A stretch of DNA of 64,000 bases from Azolla caroliniana (GCA_043228905.1 JBHGNT010000005.1:12338001-12402000); one strand, 5' to 3'. Shown: positions 12,501 to 26,013, numbered from the stretch's first letter. Notes: generated by a model from the letters alone, not told the origin. Numbers and translations are program-made.

Positions 12501-14036
12501 CCAGCACTCGCTCTCCCTGTGGCCTTTCTTGCCACAGTACCAGCATTTCTTGTCGGTTCTCGTCGCCTCGACTCCCCCTGTTTCCAGAGGGTCCTCTCTC
12601 CCCCCGTGTACAGCATCTTGCTGTCAGCATGCATGCTTGTCAACGCACCCGCGTGGTTCTTCTCTATAAGGAGCATCGACTGTAAGTCAAAGTACGACGG
12701 CGTATTCTCCTGTGTACACACAGCAGTTCGGAACGCTCCGAACTTTGACGCCAAACCCCCGAGACAGACCTGGACCATCTCACTTTCCTCGATGTTCACA
12801 TCGATGGAAGCTAAAGAGTCGCATATGTCCTTGATCTTCGAGGTATAGTCAACCACCGACAAATCGCGTTGTCGTAGGTTGCTCAACTCCTATCGGAGCT
12901 GAAGCTTCCTGGTTGTGGTGCTCGCAGTGAAGATCTTCTTCAAATTTTCCCATGCACCCTTCGGTGTTTTTGCATCCCGAACGTAGCTTAATAGTTGTTC
13001 GCCCACACAAGACGCGAAACAATACAGCACTCTGCTCGCCGATTGTTCCCACGCCAGGAAGTCTTTGTGTGTCAAATCGGGTGTTGTGTCATTTGCTCCA
13101 TCGACATAGCTCCGGTAACCGTGTCTGAGCAAGTACTGGTGCATCTTGTAGGACCAAGATGCGTTGTTGGTTCTGTCGAGCTTCTCCATCGGAAGCGAGC
13201 TAGCCATTCCTCTGTCCATCGGTTTTCTTGTTCTTCTTCGTTGGTTTTCCTTCAAGCAAAGTTGACTGCAGAGGTTCTCAACCCTCGTGCTCTGATACCA
13301 TGAAAAGAATAGCGTGCGGAAGCAATATAGGAAACCAAACAACAGAAAATGCAGGTTTAATGGAAAGCTTAGGTTTGCACAGTACGCACGAGAGAGACAG
13401 AGAGAGAGTAAATACAAGAACTTAATTCAAAAATAATACTCGATCTGTACATCGTGTGTGTTCAATGAACACTTTTATACAAGTCCTTTTCGGACTGACA
13501 AAAGTACTAACAGTACTTCCATGCTCATTAAGGAGCCCCTACACTAACTCCCAAATATATTCCTTGCGGAATATCTTTCCAATGGCCTCTCGGTTTCTGC
13601 ACCGATCCGGCCTCCCTACGCACCGGTATCGATCCGGCCTAACCGATCGGTCCCAACCGATCCGGTCCTTGGCTTGCTCAGCCGATCTTGCCGATGTTGA
13701 GCTTGTCTCTCAACAATATTTCGGCAATATTACTTTCGGCTTTCGGCTATTCGGCCCCTTCCAGACTGCTTTCAGCCTTTCACACTTCATCCGGCCTTTC
13801 GTCCCTTTCGGCCACAATCATTGTGAAAATAACATCAAATCCATCAATTAGAGGAAGATTATTGATGAAATCCATAGAGATAGATGCCCATGGTTGAGTT
13901 AGAATCGGAAGAGGTTGTAAAAGACCATATGGGTGATGTCAGGGGCCTTTCCACGAGCACAAGAATCACAACTTTTGACAAATTTGACCTCTTGTGGCCA
14001 CCAAATAGTTTCTAAAGACAAGCTCTAGAGTCATTG

Positions 14037-17000
14037 TGTAAAGAATCAGATATGATTCTTGTGTAGTGGAAGAGATGTGTGTTATGTGTGAGAGAGAAGA
14101 GATGAGAGAAGAGAAACACAAGATAGATAAGCTAGAGAAATGAAATACTTAAGAAGAAGAAGATGTATATTCACAAGTAGAATGAGAAGTACAAAATGTA
14201 GCATTACAAGGAGTCACGACCGACTTAGTATGAAGTATGAGGAGGGTGCTTTATATATAGTCACCCTCTCTCTTCATTAACTAACTAGAACAACCACTCT
14301 CTCTTGCCAGGGAATGTGAAGACTCATAGTCATGGGGAATATGTAACTCATTAGTTATGTGTCATAGAATATGATTCTATGACACATAGTTAATGTGTAG
14401 AGAGAGAGTAGTGGTGTGACTCTTGACCTTTGAGTAATCATATATTCTCAAAAGGTGTGTTCACACGTTGCACTATGGTGGGCGTGATTCTCAACACGCC
14501 CCCTCAAGCTCAACCCGGGTTGGTTCCTTTCGATTGATGTCCGCTTCGGTTGGTATCCGGTTCGGACGATCTCTAGTACGGCTCGTACCCAGTTCTCGCT
14601 TGTACTCCCCCTCAAGCTTGGCAAGTCATGGATCGTCAATCCAAGGTCTGACATGAATTGCTGAAGCTTGTCGGCTCCTAGGGCCTTGGTGAAAATGTCG
14701 GTTGTCTGAAGATTCATGTTGATGTGTAGAAGATCGACATCTTCGGCTTGAACACGCTCTCGAATGAAGTGGTAGTGCACTTCGATATGCTTTGTGCATG
14801 CATGGAACACCAAGTTCCAAGCCAGATATATACTACTCATGTTGTCGCAGTAAATGGGAGTCGGATCCTTGATGGGAACGCCCAAATCCTTCAAAATCCT
14901 CTTGAACCATACGGCTTCACATGCAGCTACGGTTGCGCCCCTATATTCGGCCTATGTACTCGAAAGTGCGACGGTAGGCTGCTTCTTAATACTCCAAGAT
15001 ATTGCTCTGCTATCGAGCGAGAAGACAAATCCAGAGATCGATTGTCGATCAGCTTTGTATCTAGCCCAATTGGCATCTATGTACCCTTCAAGTCAAATTT
15101 GTGTGGCTTATGCGTCAAGGATGTTGTAATCATTGTGCTACTCACGTATCGTAATACTCGCTTAGCGCAATCGAAATGGATATCTCGTGGAGTTTGCATG
15201 AATTGGCTAAGGAGGCCGACCGGATAGTTGAGGTCGGGTCGAGTGATCATGAGATAGATGAGGTTCCCGATCAGTTGTCGATATTGAGTCGGCTCGCACT
15301 CGTCTGTGCTGGAGTCGGCATCTAGTTTGAGGTTTCGATCGAGAGGGATTGTCACATATTTGCACTCTATCATCCCGAAGTTGTATCATAAGTTGAGAAT
15401 GTAGTGCCGTTGAGAGATCATAATGCCGGTCGGTATCCGAATTACTTCAATGCCTAGGAAGTAATGAAGTTCCTTCATGTTCGTCATCTCAAATTTGCTG
15501 GAGAGGAGGGATTTCACATTGTTGATGTCGACTAAACTTTCACCTCCAATGACTAGATCATCCACGTATAGAATGATGGCAATCGAGCTTCTAGAGTCAT
15601 TTCATACGTAGAGGGAGTTGTCAAATTTCGACATTCGAAAGCCGATTTGATGAGGATATTGTGTAATCTTCGAATGCCAAACACGGGGTGCTTGCTTGAG
15701 GCCATAGAGAGGCTTCTTGAGTTGGCACACGGCTTTCGGATGAGTATGTGATTCGAAGTCAGGTGGTTGTACCATGTACACCTCCTCTTCTAATTCGCCT
15801 TGAAGAAAGGCATTCTTGACGTCCATTTGGTGGAGGTACCACCCTTTCGTCACTGCGAGTGTGATCACGGTCCGCATAGTCATCATCTTTGCCACCGGGG
15901 CAAATGTCTCTTCGTAGTCGACTCCATGTATCTGTGTGTATCCTTTTCCTACGAGTCGAGTTTTGTAGCGGTTTAAGGAGCCGTTGGCGTTATACTTCAC
16001 CTTGTAGATCCATCTGCAATCGATCGCCTTCTTGTGCATTGAGTGGGGGACAAGATCCCATGTCTTGTTTTTGGAGAGTGCTTGCATCTCCTCATTCATC
16101 GCTTCAACCCATCTCGGGTCCTTCGCGGCTTCGGAAAACGATTCTGGCTCCCATGTTGTCGCTACCTTCATCATAAAGGCGTAATGGTACGCCATATAAT
16201 CGTTGTAGCCGAATCGGCTTACAGGGTTCTTTTCACGGGTAGATCGGAGGAGCTTCTCGTTTGCGGATACTAAGGCTTTCTTCGCTCCAATTTTCTGGAT
16301 TTCAAGGCCTTCGAACTCACTATCAAGGGAGTGAGTCGATTCGTTGCCGTCGAAGTGATCGTCTTCATACTCCAGCATTTTCGCCTTCCCTTTGTCCAGC
16401 TTCGAACTCGACCGAGATGTGCTTTGATCGCTCGGAGGCTCTTGTGGCCCACTAAGCCTTGTTGTAATCTGGCTTTCTTCCAACATGCGTGTGAGCCAAT
16501 CTTTGGCTTCTATCTCTATTTCGGCAGATTCCGGGTCAAGCGGAATCGGAGTCGAAGTTGTCTCTGGTGCGTACCAAGATGCGGACTCGTCGAAAATGAC
16601 ATCTCGACTTACTCAAGATTTTCGAGTTGAGGGGTTATAACACTTGTACCCCTTTTGTTCCATTGAGTATCCTACGAGGATACATTTCTCTGACTTCGGG
16701 TCAAGCTTCTATCGCTTCTCGTCGGGGATGTGCACGTATGCAATGGAGCCGAATATCCGAACATGTGATAGGTCCCGCTTCTTTCCGAAAAACTTCTCAT
16801 GCGGAGTAAGTTCATGTACACCTTATGTCATACACCAATTCATGAGGTATACGACCGTGTTAGCCGCTTCTGCCCAAAATGACTTCGACAGGTGCTTTTC
16901 GTTCATCATGGCCCATGCTACTTCGAGGATGTGGTGATTCTTTTGTTCGGCCAATCCGTTTTGTTGTGGTGTATGTCGACACGAAAACTCTTGTTGAACT

Positions 17001-19462
17001 CCTTCTTTCCGTAGAAAAGCCGAAAATTCGTTGAAGAAGTACTCATTACCTCCATCCGACCGAAGACATCGTACATGTCAGCCCGTGGCTTTCTCGACTT
17101 CATTCTTAAATTTTTGGAAGTGTCCGAACACTTCGCTCTTTTGCCACATGGGGTAGATCCAGGTGTGCCTGGAGAAGTCGTCAATGAAGGCCACATAGTA
17201 TCGACATCCGCCAAATGTAGTCGTCTAAGCCGGACCCCATACATCGGAATGGATTACGTTGAGTACACCTTTGCTCACATTCCACTCCTTCATGCTGATG
17301 TTGCTTGCCGAATTGGTAAGCGTCACACACGCTTTTAATCTCTTTCTCCTTCAATGTCGGGAGCCCGATGACGACTCCTTTCAATTGCATTGCCTTGAGC
17401 TTTTGGAGTTTGATATTTCCAATCCGCTTGTGCCATAACTCTATGTCGGAATCCGATTTCACGCCCTTTGCGAACATGGCCGATTTCATTTCGTGCGAGT
17501 CGAGAATAAACATTCGGCCCTCTCTTCGTCCGCGAGTAATGACTCGGCCCTCTCTTCGTCCACGAGTAATGACTCGGCCCTCTTTTTAGATGAAGCAACC
17601 GCCTTGATTAAATTGTACTTGCATCCCTTGCTCAACAATTTGGCCTACAGAGACCAAATTCTTCGTAATGGTTGGTACATGCAAAACATTCTTAATAAAA
17701 GTTTGGTTACCTTCTTTGCCGAATGGGACATTGCCGATGTGTCGAATCGGATGTGTAGTGTCATCTTCGGTTTTGACATAGTCGGGTCGTTCCAGCTCTC
17801 GAAGTTCTCGGAACCATTCCTGATGAGACGTCATATGGTTCGAGGCACCGGAGTCGACGAACCACACGTCTTCCGAACCGGAGGCACTAGTTGAAGTAGA
17901 AGCCGACATAGAATTTGCTCTATGTCTCATCACAAACATTCTGCCATGATCGTCATAGTCAGAGTTGGTGGCATAATTTGTGAGTTGTCGGCTAGTGGAG
18001 GCTGACTCACGCATCTTCTTACGACCCTCTTCTTTGTGGTGACCGATTTTTCCGCAATATCCGCATTCAGCCGAGTTTTGTCGGCTCGGACTAGAATGGA
18101 AGCTCCCCCCTTCTTCCGAAGGTTCCTCGATGGCTTCCGTCTTGATGCAGAAATTGCGAGTTGTTTTCGTAAGTCGGGCCTCGTCCGCCTCGTCCTTGGC
18201 CGAATCAGCCTCTTCTTGCACAACCGCGTCCTCTTCCTCCGTCCGAGTGTGAGTAAAGCATGTGGCCTTCCGAGGCATTGCTCCTTCAAGTTGGTCGAAC
18301 ATGGTTTTCTTCAACCAACAACATGGATTGAAGATCGAAGAAGGAGGGCAGATTCTCCCTTGCTAATACGGTGGTCCTCATCGCGCCGAACTATGGTGCA
18401 AGGCCACCGAGGCATATTTGCACCATCTCATCATCGTCCACATTGACGCTTATCGAGCCGAGTGAGTCGCAAAGCTCCTTGATCTTCAAGGTGTAGCTCG
18501 TGATGGACATATCCCTTTGTTGGATGTTGTTCAACTCTTGGCGAAGTTAAAGCTTTCTCGCCATTGTGTTAGCGGAGAAAATCTTTCGTAGATTCTCCCA
18601 CGCTTCCTTTGGCGTCCCGGCTTCTCGAATGTAGCCGAGCATGTGGTCGTGAACACATGTAGCCACACAATACATCACTCGGCTTGCCGCTTGCTCTCAT
18701 GTTGCATAGTCAGCGTCTTTCGGGTCGGGTCGGTTTTCTTGTGCTCCTTTGATGTAACCCCAATAGCCTTGGCCGACAAGGTATTGGTGCATCTTGTACT
18801 CCTAGATGCAAAGTTGTTTCAATCTAGCTTCTCGCTAGGGAGAGTGCTCCCCATTTGAGTATTCATTGTCGATGAAGATTTCTTCCTTCTTTTCTTTTCC
18901 TTCTCTCTCGAATACGAGCTATGTACTCGCACTACGATAACGATGGACTGGTTCTTCTCGAACATCAGCGTAGAACACAACACACGCGGATGGGCTAGAT
19001 TGAGCTACCAAACCGCTCTGATACCATGTAAAGAATCAGATATGATTCTTGTGTAGCGGAAGAGATATGTGTTATGTGTGAGAGAAAAGAGATGAGAGAA
19101 GAGAAACACAAGATAGATAAGCTAGAGAAATGAACTACTCAAGAAGAAGAAGATGTATATTCACAAGTAGAATGAGAAATACAAAATGTAGCATTACAAG
19201 GAGTCATGACCGACTTAGTATGAAGTATGAGGAGGGTGCTTTATATATAGTCACCCTCTACAACAACCACTCTCTCTTGGGGAATGTGAAGACTCATAGT
19301 CATGGGGAATATATAACTCATTAGTTATGTGTCATAGAATATGATTCTATGACACATAGTTAATGTGTAAAGAGTAGTGGTGTGACTCTTGACCTTTGAG
19401 TAATCATAGATTCTCAAAAGGTGTGTTCACACATTGCACTATGTTGAGCTTGATTCTCAACA
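14037..19462 (-). mobile_element. Ty1/copia element B (full length, degenerate gag-pol)
   Basis: LTRs 14037-14496 and 19027-19462; perfect TSD CATTG (14032-14036, 19463-19467); PBS 19015-19026; PPT 14497-14506; fragmented gag/PR/INT/RT/RH ORFs; internal 30-bp tandem repeat near 17510-17585. Confidence 0.93.
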
Positions 19463-19730
19463 CATTGCAACACCAAAATGACTTGTTAAGAGTTGTTCAT
19501 GACAATCAGTCAAGATTTTAAGTTGGATAGGTCCATCGGGAACATAAATTAATCCATCATGAAAGAGGAGACCATCAATGAAGGAAAATAAAAAATGAAA
19601 ATTTATCTAAGTTAAGATATGTGTGCGAGGATAAGACAAAGTTCAAAATATGGGAAAAGCAAACTTCAAAATGAGCAAGAAAATAGATATGTACATCCAC
19701 CATCTAAAAGCTCAAAAAGATAGATAGATA

Positions 19731-20245
19731 ATCAAAAACTTGGAGATTTTTGGATGTTGCTTGCCCCCATTACTATATGGTATATATGGACAACAAGGTG
19801 TACCAGGGTATTTTCAGCACACAAATGCCCCCTAGCTGAATCGATTAAGCTAATAATCTGGCACACATTAATAACTACACTAAGAGCTCAATATGAGCGG
19901 ATTGATGGTACTAATGATGCTGCAGAACTAATGAGGCTGAATTTTCGAAAGCGATGGCCGCAGCAAATGGAATGGATATACTATAGAAGTATGAAGTACC
20001 CAAATGGTTGTTCCCCCCTCCCATTAGATGGACGAGGGGCGTGAAAGACATGGCATGTGGGATAGTGAATGTAGGTGATGTGCATGAAAGGATGGCTAGA
20101 GCCATATGTGAAAGAGTAAGATAAATAAGCAAGATCTCTTGTGTAGGATAGGATTGTCTTGGCTCGGCCTTCCCGAGAAAGGGATCGACTTTGTGTATAT
20201 TTTAACTAAAGGAGTATATTCTTTTTTTGGTAAAAAAAAAGAAAG
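19731..20245 (+). mobile_element. 5'-truncated LINE (ORF2 C-terminal remnant, 3' UTR, A-tail)
   Basis: WYIWTTRCTRVF motif typical of plant L1 ORF2 C-termini; A-run 20232-20240; 14-bp TSD aagatagatagata at 19717-19730 and 20246-20259. Confidence 0.7.
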
Positions 20246-21049
20246 AAGATAGATAGATATATAGATATTCATTATTGTCCATGGAGATTAAATTTTAACT
20301 ATGCTATGGGACCAAAAGTGAAAGATTTTTACATAGCATGTGTGGAATTGAGTAGTAACTCTTCATGTTGATGAATTTCACTAAAGAACATTGCAAATTG
20401 AGAGTGCACATTGTGATTTTGATGATGGGTGAACCACAAACTCAAATGTCGTCAAAGGTAAACTCAAAATTGTTTAGGGAAAAAAATGCATTCTTAATGA
20501 GTCTTCTTACATGTGCCTCAACACTTTCTCTCACATAAAAGATAATATGGAGCTAAATTGTATGAAAGCTATGATGCAATTGGCGAACAAAGGAATGAGC
20601 TTCTAGCATGCATCGATAATTCAATTTCCTCATCCAAAGAAGAATATAATTCTTGGGTTTGGTGCAAACATATGTAGTAAGTATAAAGTGTGGAACACGA
20701 GTCTGTACATCTTTCCCACACTCTGATACACCAATTTTGCAAAAAGTCCTTATTCATGGAGAATCCATTGACGCATAAAAAGCAGATGTGATGGATGTGT
20801 CCCATTTTCCAAACCATTTCTTCATATCTTGTGTTCATCTAGACCCATATAATTTACTTTTACACGCCTTTCCATTTCTTTTGCTTGCTTCCCTTGTGAT
20901 TCTAGAAAATCAATGTGAGGCTTTTTTTTATCTTAATAATGTTTCAACTACCCTTTCTATCATATGATCATTGATGTAATGGGAAGTGATATGGCCTCAA
21001 GGAGCATGCATGACATTTGTAGCTTGAATTGAAGAAACTTCAAAAGAGA

Positions 21050-21420
21050 GTGGTTTCATAAATTTTCAATCTTTTTTTAGAGGGTTCGATTTCATTCGCA
21101 AGTCTTAAAATCAAATCATTAAAAAAAAAATTGTGGTTCGATTTGATTCTTAGTTTGTTAATAGGATATAACTCTTAACTTTATAAAGTTAATTCATGTT
21201 TAATAAATATTTCAAAAACGTCTTAACGTGACGTTCAAACTACAAACCATTAAGCCGACAATGGCTCAAACAGAGCCCACTGAGCCCTTGAACTCCCAAG
21301 TTGAATTGAACATGAACCAATCCATTTGTAAATATCGAAACCCAAACCAAACCATTTTTATCATCAAGCCATGGTTTTTGCAATTCAATTCAATTCAAAC
21401 AAAATCATTGCCGATTTCTA
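21050..21420. mobile_element. Decayed end of a hAT-related element
   Basis: ttcaaacaaaatcattgccgatttcta (ending 21420) resembles the right TIR of the 45568-63088 hAT (ttcaaaccgaaccactgtcgattgtta) and is preceded by degenerate aaacc motifs. No TSD identified. Confidence 0.4.
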
Positions 21421-21569
21421 CCCATGGATACACACTGGTGCTACCAAAGTGTCAATGGGGTGTTTCTTGAGAATGCATGCATGTACACTCATAGAGGTGG
21501 ATGTAGCTTAGTTGGTAACATTGTCAAATGAATTTGAAAAGGTAAAGCTTTGAACCTTCCAAAATCTAG

Positions 21570-22190
21570 CTGATAAAAATCATCTAGTAAATTAGCCGAA
21601 TTGCTGAGATTCAAATCACTATGACACAATGGCAACATGAAAATATAGCTTAATAGGATGATGCATCCCCAAAGGTAGGTCAATTTGAAGAAAAGGTCAT
21701 GCATTCCACGTAGGCATAGCCCAAGATCTTTTAGCAGAAGAATATGTGGGTATTGAAATTGAAATGTTTGGTTAGTAAACAGATGGAGGAGAAGGATGCA
21801 GGAAAGCTTGCTCTTCCAGAGGTATTGCTTGAGATATGGGAAACATTGTTGACAATAGTTCGTGGGCAATATGATAACATGTATGGTTCTCCAGAAAATA
21901 TTCATAAAAGAAGGATGAAGCTTCTTCACTTATGGAGGAAGGTGCCTCTCTTTGTAGTGACAAATCAAAGACCTCAAGGGAACTATCATCTTCCATGGAC
22001 CCTTTTTTGATATAAAACCAACATGCTAATGTACCATATTAAGGTTCAACATCCCTGTATAAGTTGTTTTTGTATGTACAGGTTTAGGTGTACATACATT
22101 ATGTTGTAAGCCTATGGGGAGATAACTTTTACTTGTACTTTTTCGATGTTTTTAATACTATTGAAGAAAATCTTTCAAAGAAAAAAAAAA
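21570..22190 (+). mobile_element. LINE 3' remnant related to the 19731 copy
   Basis: IWETLLTIVRGQYDNMYG aligns with IWHTLITTLRAQYERIDG of the 19754 ORF; A-run 22181-22190. Confidence 0.55.
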
Positions 22191-22427
22191 GAAGATGGAG
22201 GAGAAGGAACTTTACCCCTCTATTGTTGGTCATAATAGCACCTAATATATGTATGGTTTCCCATCTATATATGTATGTTATGCCAACGGTTATGGTTATG
22301 GTAGGTGGCCTTCATACCAAAGCTGGAGAACCACCAAAGTCCTTTCCTTAACCATCTCTTTCCACTTCATTTTAAAGCATAACATGGACGTCCAAACTTG
22401 AGAATGTATTTGGGCCATGCAACATAA

Positions 22428-22630
22428 TTGAGCCCTTTATAATAGCATGCTTTCTAAAGTACCTTTGGACACACACACACATACACACAAGGTTTCCATT
22501 GAGCCCTTTATAATAGCATGATTTCTAAAGTACCTTTGGTGACACACACACACACACACACACACACAAGGTTTCCATTGAGCCCTTTATAATAGCATGC
22601 TTTCTAAAGAACCTTTGGAGACACACGCGC
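22428..22630. repeat. Three tandem ~70-bp units each ending in a (CA)n tract
   Basis: ttgagccctttataatagcatg(c/a)tttctaaag(t/a)acctttgg occurs three times. Confidence 0.85.
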
Positions 22631-23109
22631 GCGCATGCGTGAGCTTGAACTCTTGTTGAGCTCAGAAGGGGTATCCCCGGAAATCGACAATCTGCATTCC
22701 AATTCAAGGCCGAAGAAATAGTGCATGCACTTCCATTACAAATCTGGGCAAGAGTATGTGTTGTTGGGTTTGGTGTATCGTTGGGCAAATGGCAAGGAAA
22801 TGCGTATGTATGTGTAATATTTCTGGGTCCACACAAGAGATTGGGTGGGTGGGGGGGTCCTTTTCTCAGAAGTACAAAACCTAAACCTAAACTTAAACCT
22901 GGACAAGGTTTGGAGATGAGATCTTCTTCTAGCCTTACGAAAAGAAGAAGCCCATGCCATATGTACATACTCTGTGTTTCTCTCTTCTTTCTCACTCACC
23001 ACTTTTACTACATACATATTGTCTTGTCTGTCTACCATGAATGGAATTACTGTATGTATGTATGTATTCTTTTACGTACGTACATACATATACATATATG
23101 TATTATAAT

Positions 23110-23960
23110 TGATTCCCCTTCCTTCCTTCCTTCCTTCCATTCGCTTCTTCAGTCACTGCTCAAATTTTTGCTTTGTTTCTTCTGTCTGTCTGTCTGTCTG
23201 TGCAGGGAGGGAGGGAGGGAGGGAAAGCCTCCTGGGAATAATAATATGTAAATAGAATATAAAGAAAGAAAGAAAGAAAGAAGGAAAGAAAGAAAGGGCG
23301 ACAGAGACGGGAGAGTTGTTTTAAAGCTGTCGGTCATCATCATCAACAAGAAAGAAGAAGAAGAAGAAGACGAAGAAGAAGGAGGGAGGTGGGGAGAGGG
23401 ACAGCGACAGAGAGACAGAGACAGAGGTAACAAACCGAACAAGATTAGCAGAAGAAAAAGAAAGAAAGGAAGAAATAGAAGGCCCACCCAGGGAAGATGA
23501 AGATGAAGATGAAGATGAAGATGAAGATGAAGAGAAGAAAGACAGCAGCAATGGGGATGGGGATGGGGATGGAGAAGGAATAAGGAAGAAACAGAAGAAG
23601 TAACGGAAACGGGAGATAGAAGTGTTCTCTTCCTCTCCATCTCCATCTCCATCTCCATCTCCATCTCCGTCTCCATGGATTCGTAGCAGAAAGGAAACAG
23701 AAGAAGAAAGGATTGTGGAGGAAGTGAGCGTGAGCTACATACAAAACAAAAAACATGGTGGTCTGCAGCAGCTCTCCACCTTCCTCCTCTGCGGGCTCCT
23801 CATCTCCGTCTCCATCTCCATCTCCATCTCCATTAATGGCGATGTCGATGATGATGATGATGATGATGAAGAAGAAGAAGAGGGTCACATGTTCCATCTC
23901 CTTCCTCCTCCTCCTCCTCTTCTCCTCCGCCTTCGCCTTCGCCCTCCTCCTCCTCTTTAC
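23110..23960. repeat. Dense microsatellite patchwork in the TBL promoter/5' region
   Basis: (CCTT)n, (CTGT)n, (AAAG)n, (GAA)n, (GAAGAT)n, (GGGGAT)n, (TCCATC)n and (ATG)n tracts are directly visible. Confidence 0.85.
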
Positions 23961-26013
23961 CATCTTCTTCCCCCTCCATTCCACAGCTGACATTCAGGCC
24001 ACCATCCTCTCCGCTCTCTTCGCAAATTCTTCCTCTTCCTCTGCAAATGTCATGATGCCTTCCAACCATGTCGCCTCCATATCCTCTTCTTCTTCTTCTT
24101 CATCACTGAAAACAGCATCACCATCACCATCACCATCTTCTGCTTCTTTTGTCAACTCTAGTGGAAATGCTCCTCTTCCTTCTGATAACGCCGAGAACTT
24201 GAGTAGGATTTATGGAGGTAAGACGAGTGAAGAGAGTTGGTTTCGTTGCTTCATACTGCTGAAGAGCATCGCGAGATTCTAAGTTAAAAAAACACGAGTT
24301 TTTCCCTCTGCTATTTCCATTTAAGACATAATAAAGTCTATTGTCTCTCGGTCTGTCTACTTTGACCAAATCTCTGCATTTTATGCCTTTCTTCTCTTGC
24401 TGGACGATTGTTTGTTATTTGATCCTTCTGTTCTCCTGGATGCTCTGTTGTTTCCTCATTCTTACTTTGATTCTCTGTTAGGGAGGGATTCTCTCTCTCT
24501 GATTTTTCCGGTTTCCCCATTGTTACTCTGTTGTTTCTGCATTTTCTAGAAAGGCGACATGGACAGCAGAACAATAAAATTATCTTTGGTTCCTTTTTTG
24601 CATCTCTCTCTACTAAGATACTCGTTTTTTTTCTGACCCTCCTGTTTACATGCTATTTTTTCCTTTTTTTCCTGTGATCAGGAGGTGATGATTCTTCCTG
24701 CGATCTCTTCAAGGGGCAATGGATCACAGAAGAATCTGAAACTACCATATTATACAGGCCTGAGACTTGCCCAATTCTCACACAAACACAAGACTGTCAG
24801 GGAAATGGGCGACCAGACAATGGATATGAACGCTGGAGATGGCGTCCTGATGGCTGTGAGCTCGCGCCATTCGATCCTCGTGTTTTCCTATCAACCTTGC
24901 GTGGTAAAACACTCGCATTTGCTGGTGATTCGGTGGCAAGGAATCAAATGGAGTCCCTTGTTTGTATGCTCTGGCAGGTAAGAAATATTGCAGTCCATAG
25001 TTTCTTTGTGAGCTATTTTGCTATCATCATCTACATGGTGGGAATCCATTTCTACAATGGCAGTTATATGAGTCTGAATTGGTCTCAATTTGGACATGAA
25101 CTGAATGAAATACAATGGAACTGAATGGAACCAATTTAGTCTAGATAAGACTGAATTAAATGCAAAATGGGAACCTCTAGAAGAGTCAATTCTAATGGCA
25201 TCCTGCTTTTCTTCTGTGTAGGTGGAGGAGCCCGTGAATAAGGGCTCCAAGAAGATGCAAAGATGGTATTTCCGGAGCTTTGATACAACCATAATCCGGG
25301 TATGGTCATCATGGCTCGTGAACACAACATCGGAGCCATGGGAGTATGCGCCTGCCAACCTCACCAAGCTAAAGCTGGAGGAGCCGGATCCGAACTTGAT
25401 GGAATTGCTCCCGAGGATTGATGTTCTTGTTATCTCTGGTGGCCATTGGTTTGCCAAGAAGACGGCTTATCTCTTGGGTGGGAAGCTAGTCGGTGGCCAA
25501 CTATGGAGCCACAAGAATCTCGGGAAAGGAATACCGGAAACAGAAGCATTTGGCATAGCTATGGAAACCTCTCTTTCTTCTATTGCCACGGATCCTCTCT
25601 ATAAAGGATTGACGATCCTCCGGACTTACTCCCCCGATCATTATGATGGTGGGACATGGAATACTGGTGGTTCTTGCACTGAAAAGACCCGACCGTCCAG
25701 GCCTTGGGAGGTTGCTCACAACCCCCACACGGAGCTCATGCGCTCCCTCCAACTCCAAGCTTTCGCAAATGCATCTCGGAACATCTCTAATGGCTCTAGA
25801 TTTCGACTGCTCGACATCACACCAGTCTTTGAGTCACGTGCTGATGGCCACCCGGGGCCTTACCGAAATCGTGACCCGAATAAGATCACCACACGTGCTG
25901 CTAATGGGCGCCCCCCACCCCAGGATTGCTTGCACTGGTGTATGCCTGGCCCCATCGACACTTGGAACCAGCTCATGCTACAAATCCTTAGAGAAGAAAC
26001 CTCTTCCATTTGA
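23836..26013 (+). CDS. TBL: Trichome birefringence-like (PMR5N + PC-esterase) polysaccharide O-acetyltransferase, TBL17/YLS7-TBL18 type; exons 23836-24217, 24682-24977, 25222-26013 (~489 aa)
   Basis: GT-AG introns in consistent phase; N-terminal transmembrane anchor; motifs CDLFKGQW...DCQGNGRPD...WRWRPDGC, GDSVARNQ, and DGHPGPY...QDCLHWCMPG (DxxH). An in-frame upstream ATG at 23755 makes the start uncertain. Confidence 0.92.

Larger units (their letters stand above)
3382..13207 (-). pseudogene. gag-pol of copia A with stops and frameshifts, split in RT by a nested insertion
   Basis: ORF fragments 12890-13207, 12095-12886, 11321-11998, 10856-11233, 10194-10740 and 3382-4792. Removing the insertion restores ...EQVYMV|QPPGF... 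Confidence 0.88.
2755..13715 (-). mobile_element. Ty1/copia element A (full length, degenerate), interrupted by the 4793-10193 element
   Basis: LTRs 2755-3114 and 13301-13715 (TG...CA); PBS-iMet 13289-13300; PPT 3115-3124; TSD ATATC/ATATT. Domain order gag-PR (WYVDSGAS)-INT-RT (YVDD)-RH. Confidence 0.93.

Noticed and set aside
11507-12848. Long + strand ORFs antisense to copia A pol (similar ones occur in B, D and the gypsy)
   Set aside because: Expected shadows of GC-rich coding sequence; no recognisable domains.
20569-20838. 89-aa minus-strand ORF in AT-rich DNA
   Set aside because: No recognisable motif or splice context; probably decayed repeat sequence.
23149-24069. Several overlapping low-complexity ORFs on both strands
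   Set aside because: Products of stop-free microsatellites; only the + frame that splices into the TBL domain is supported.
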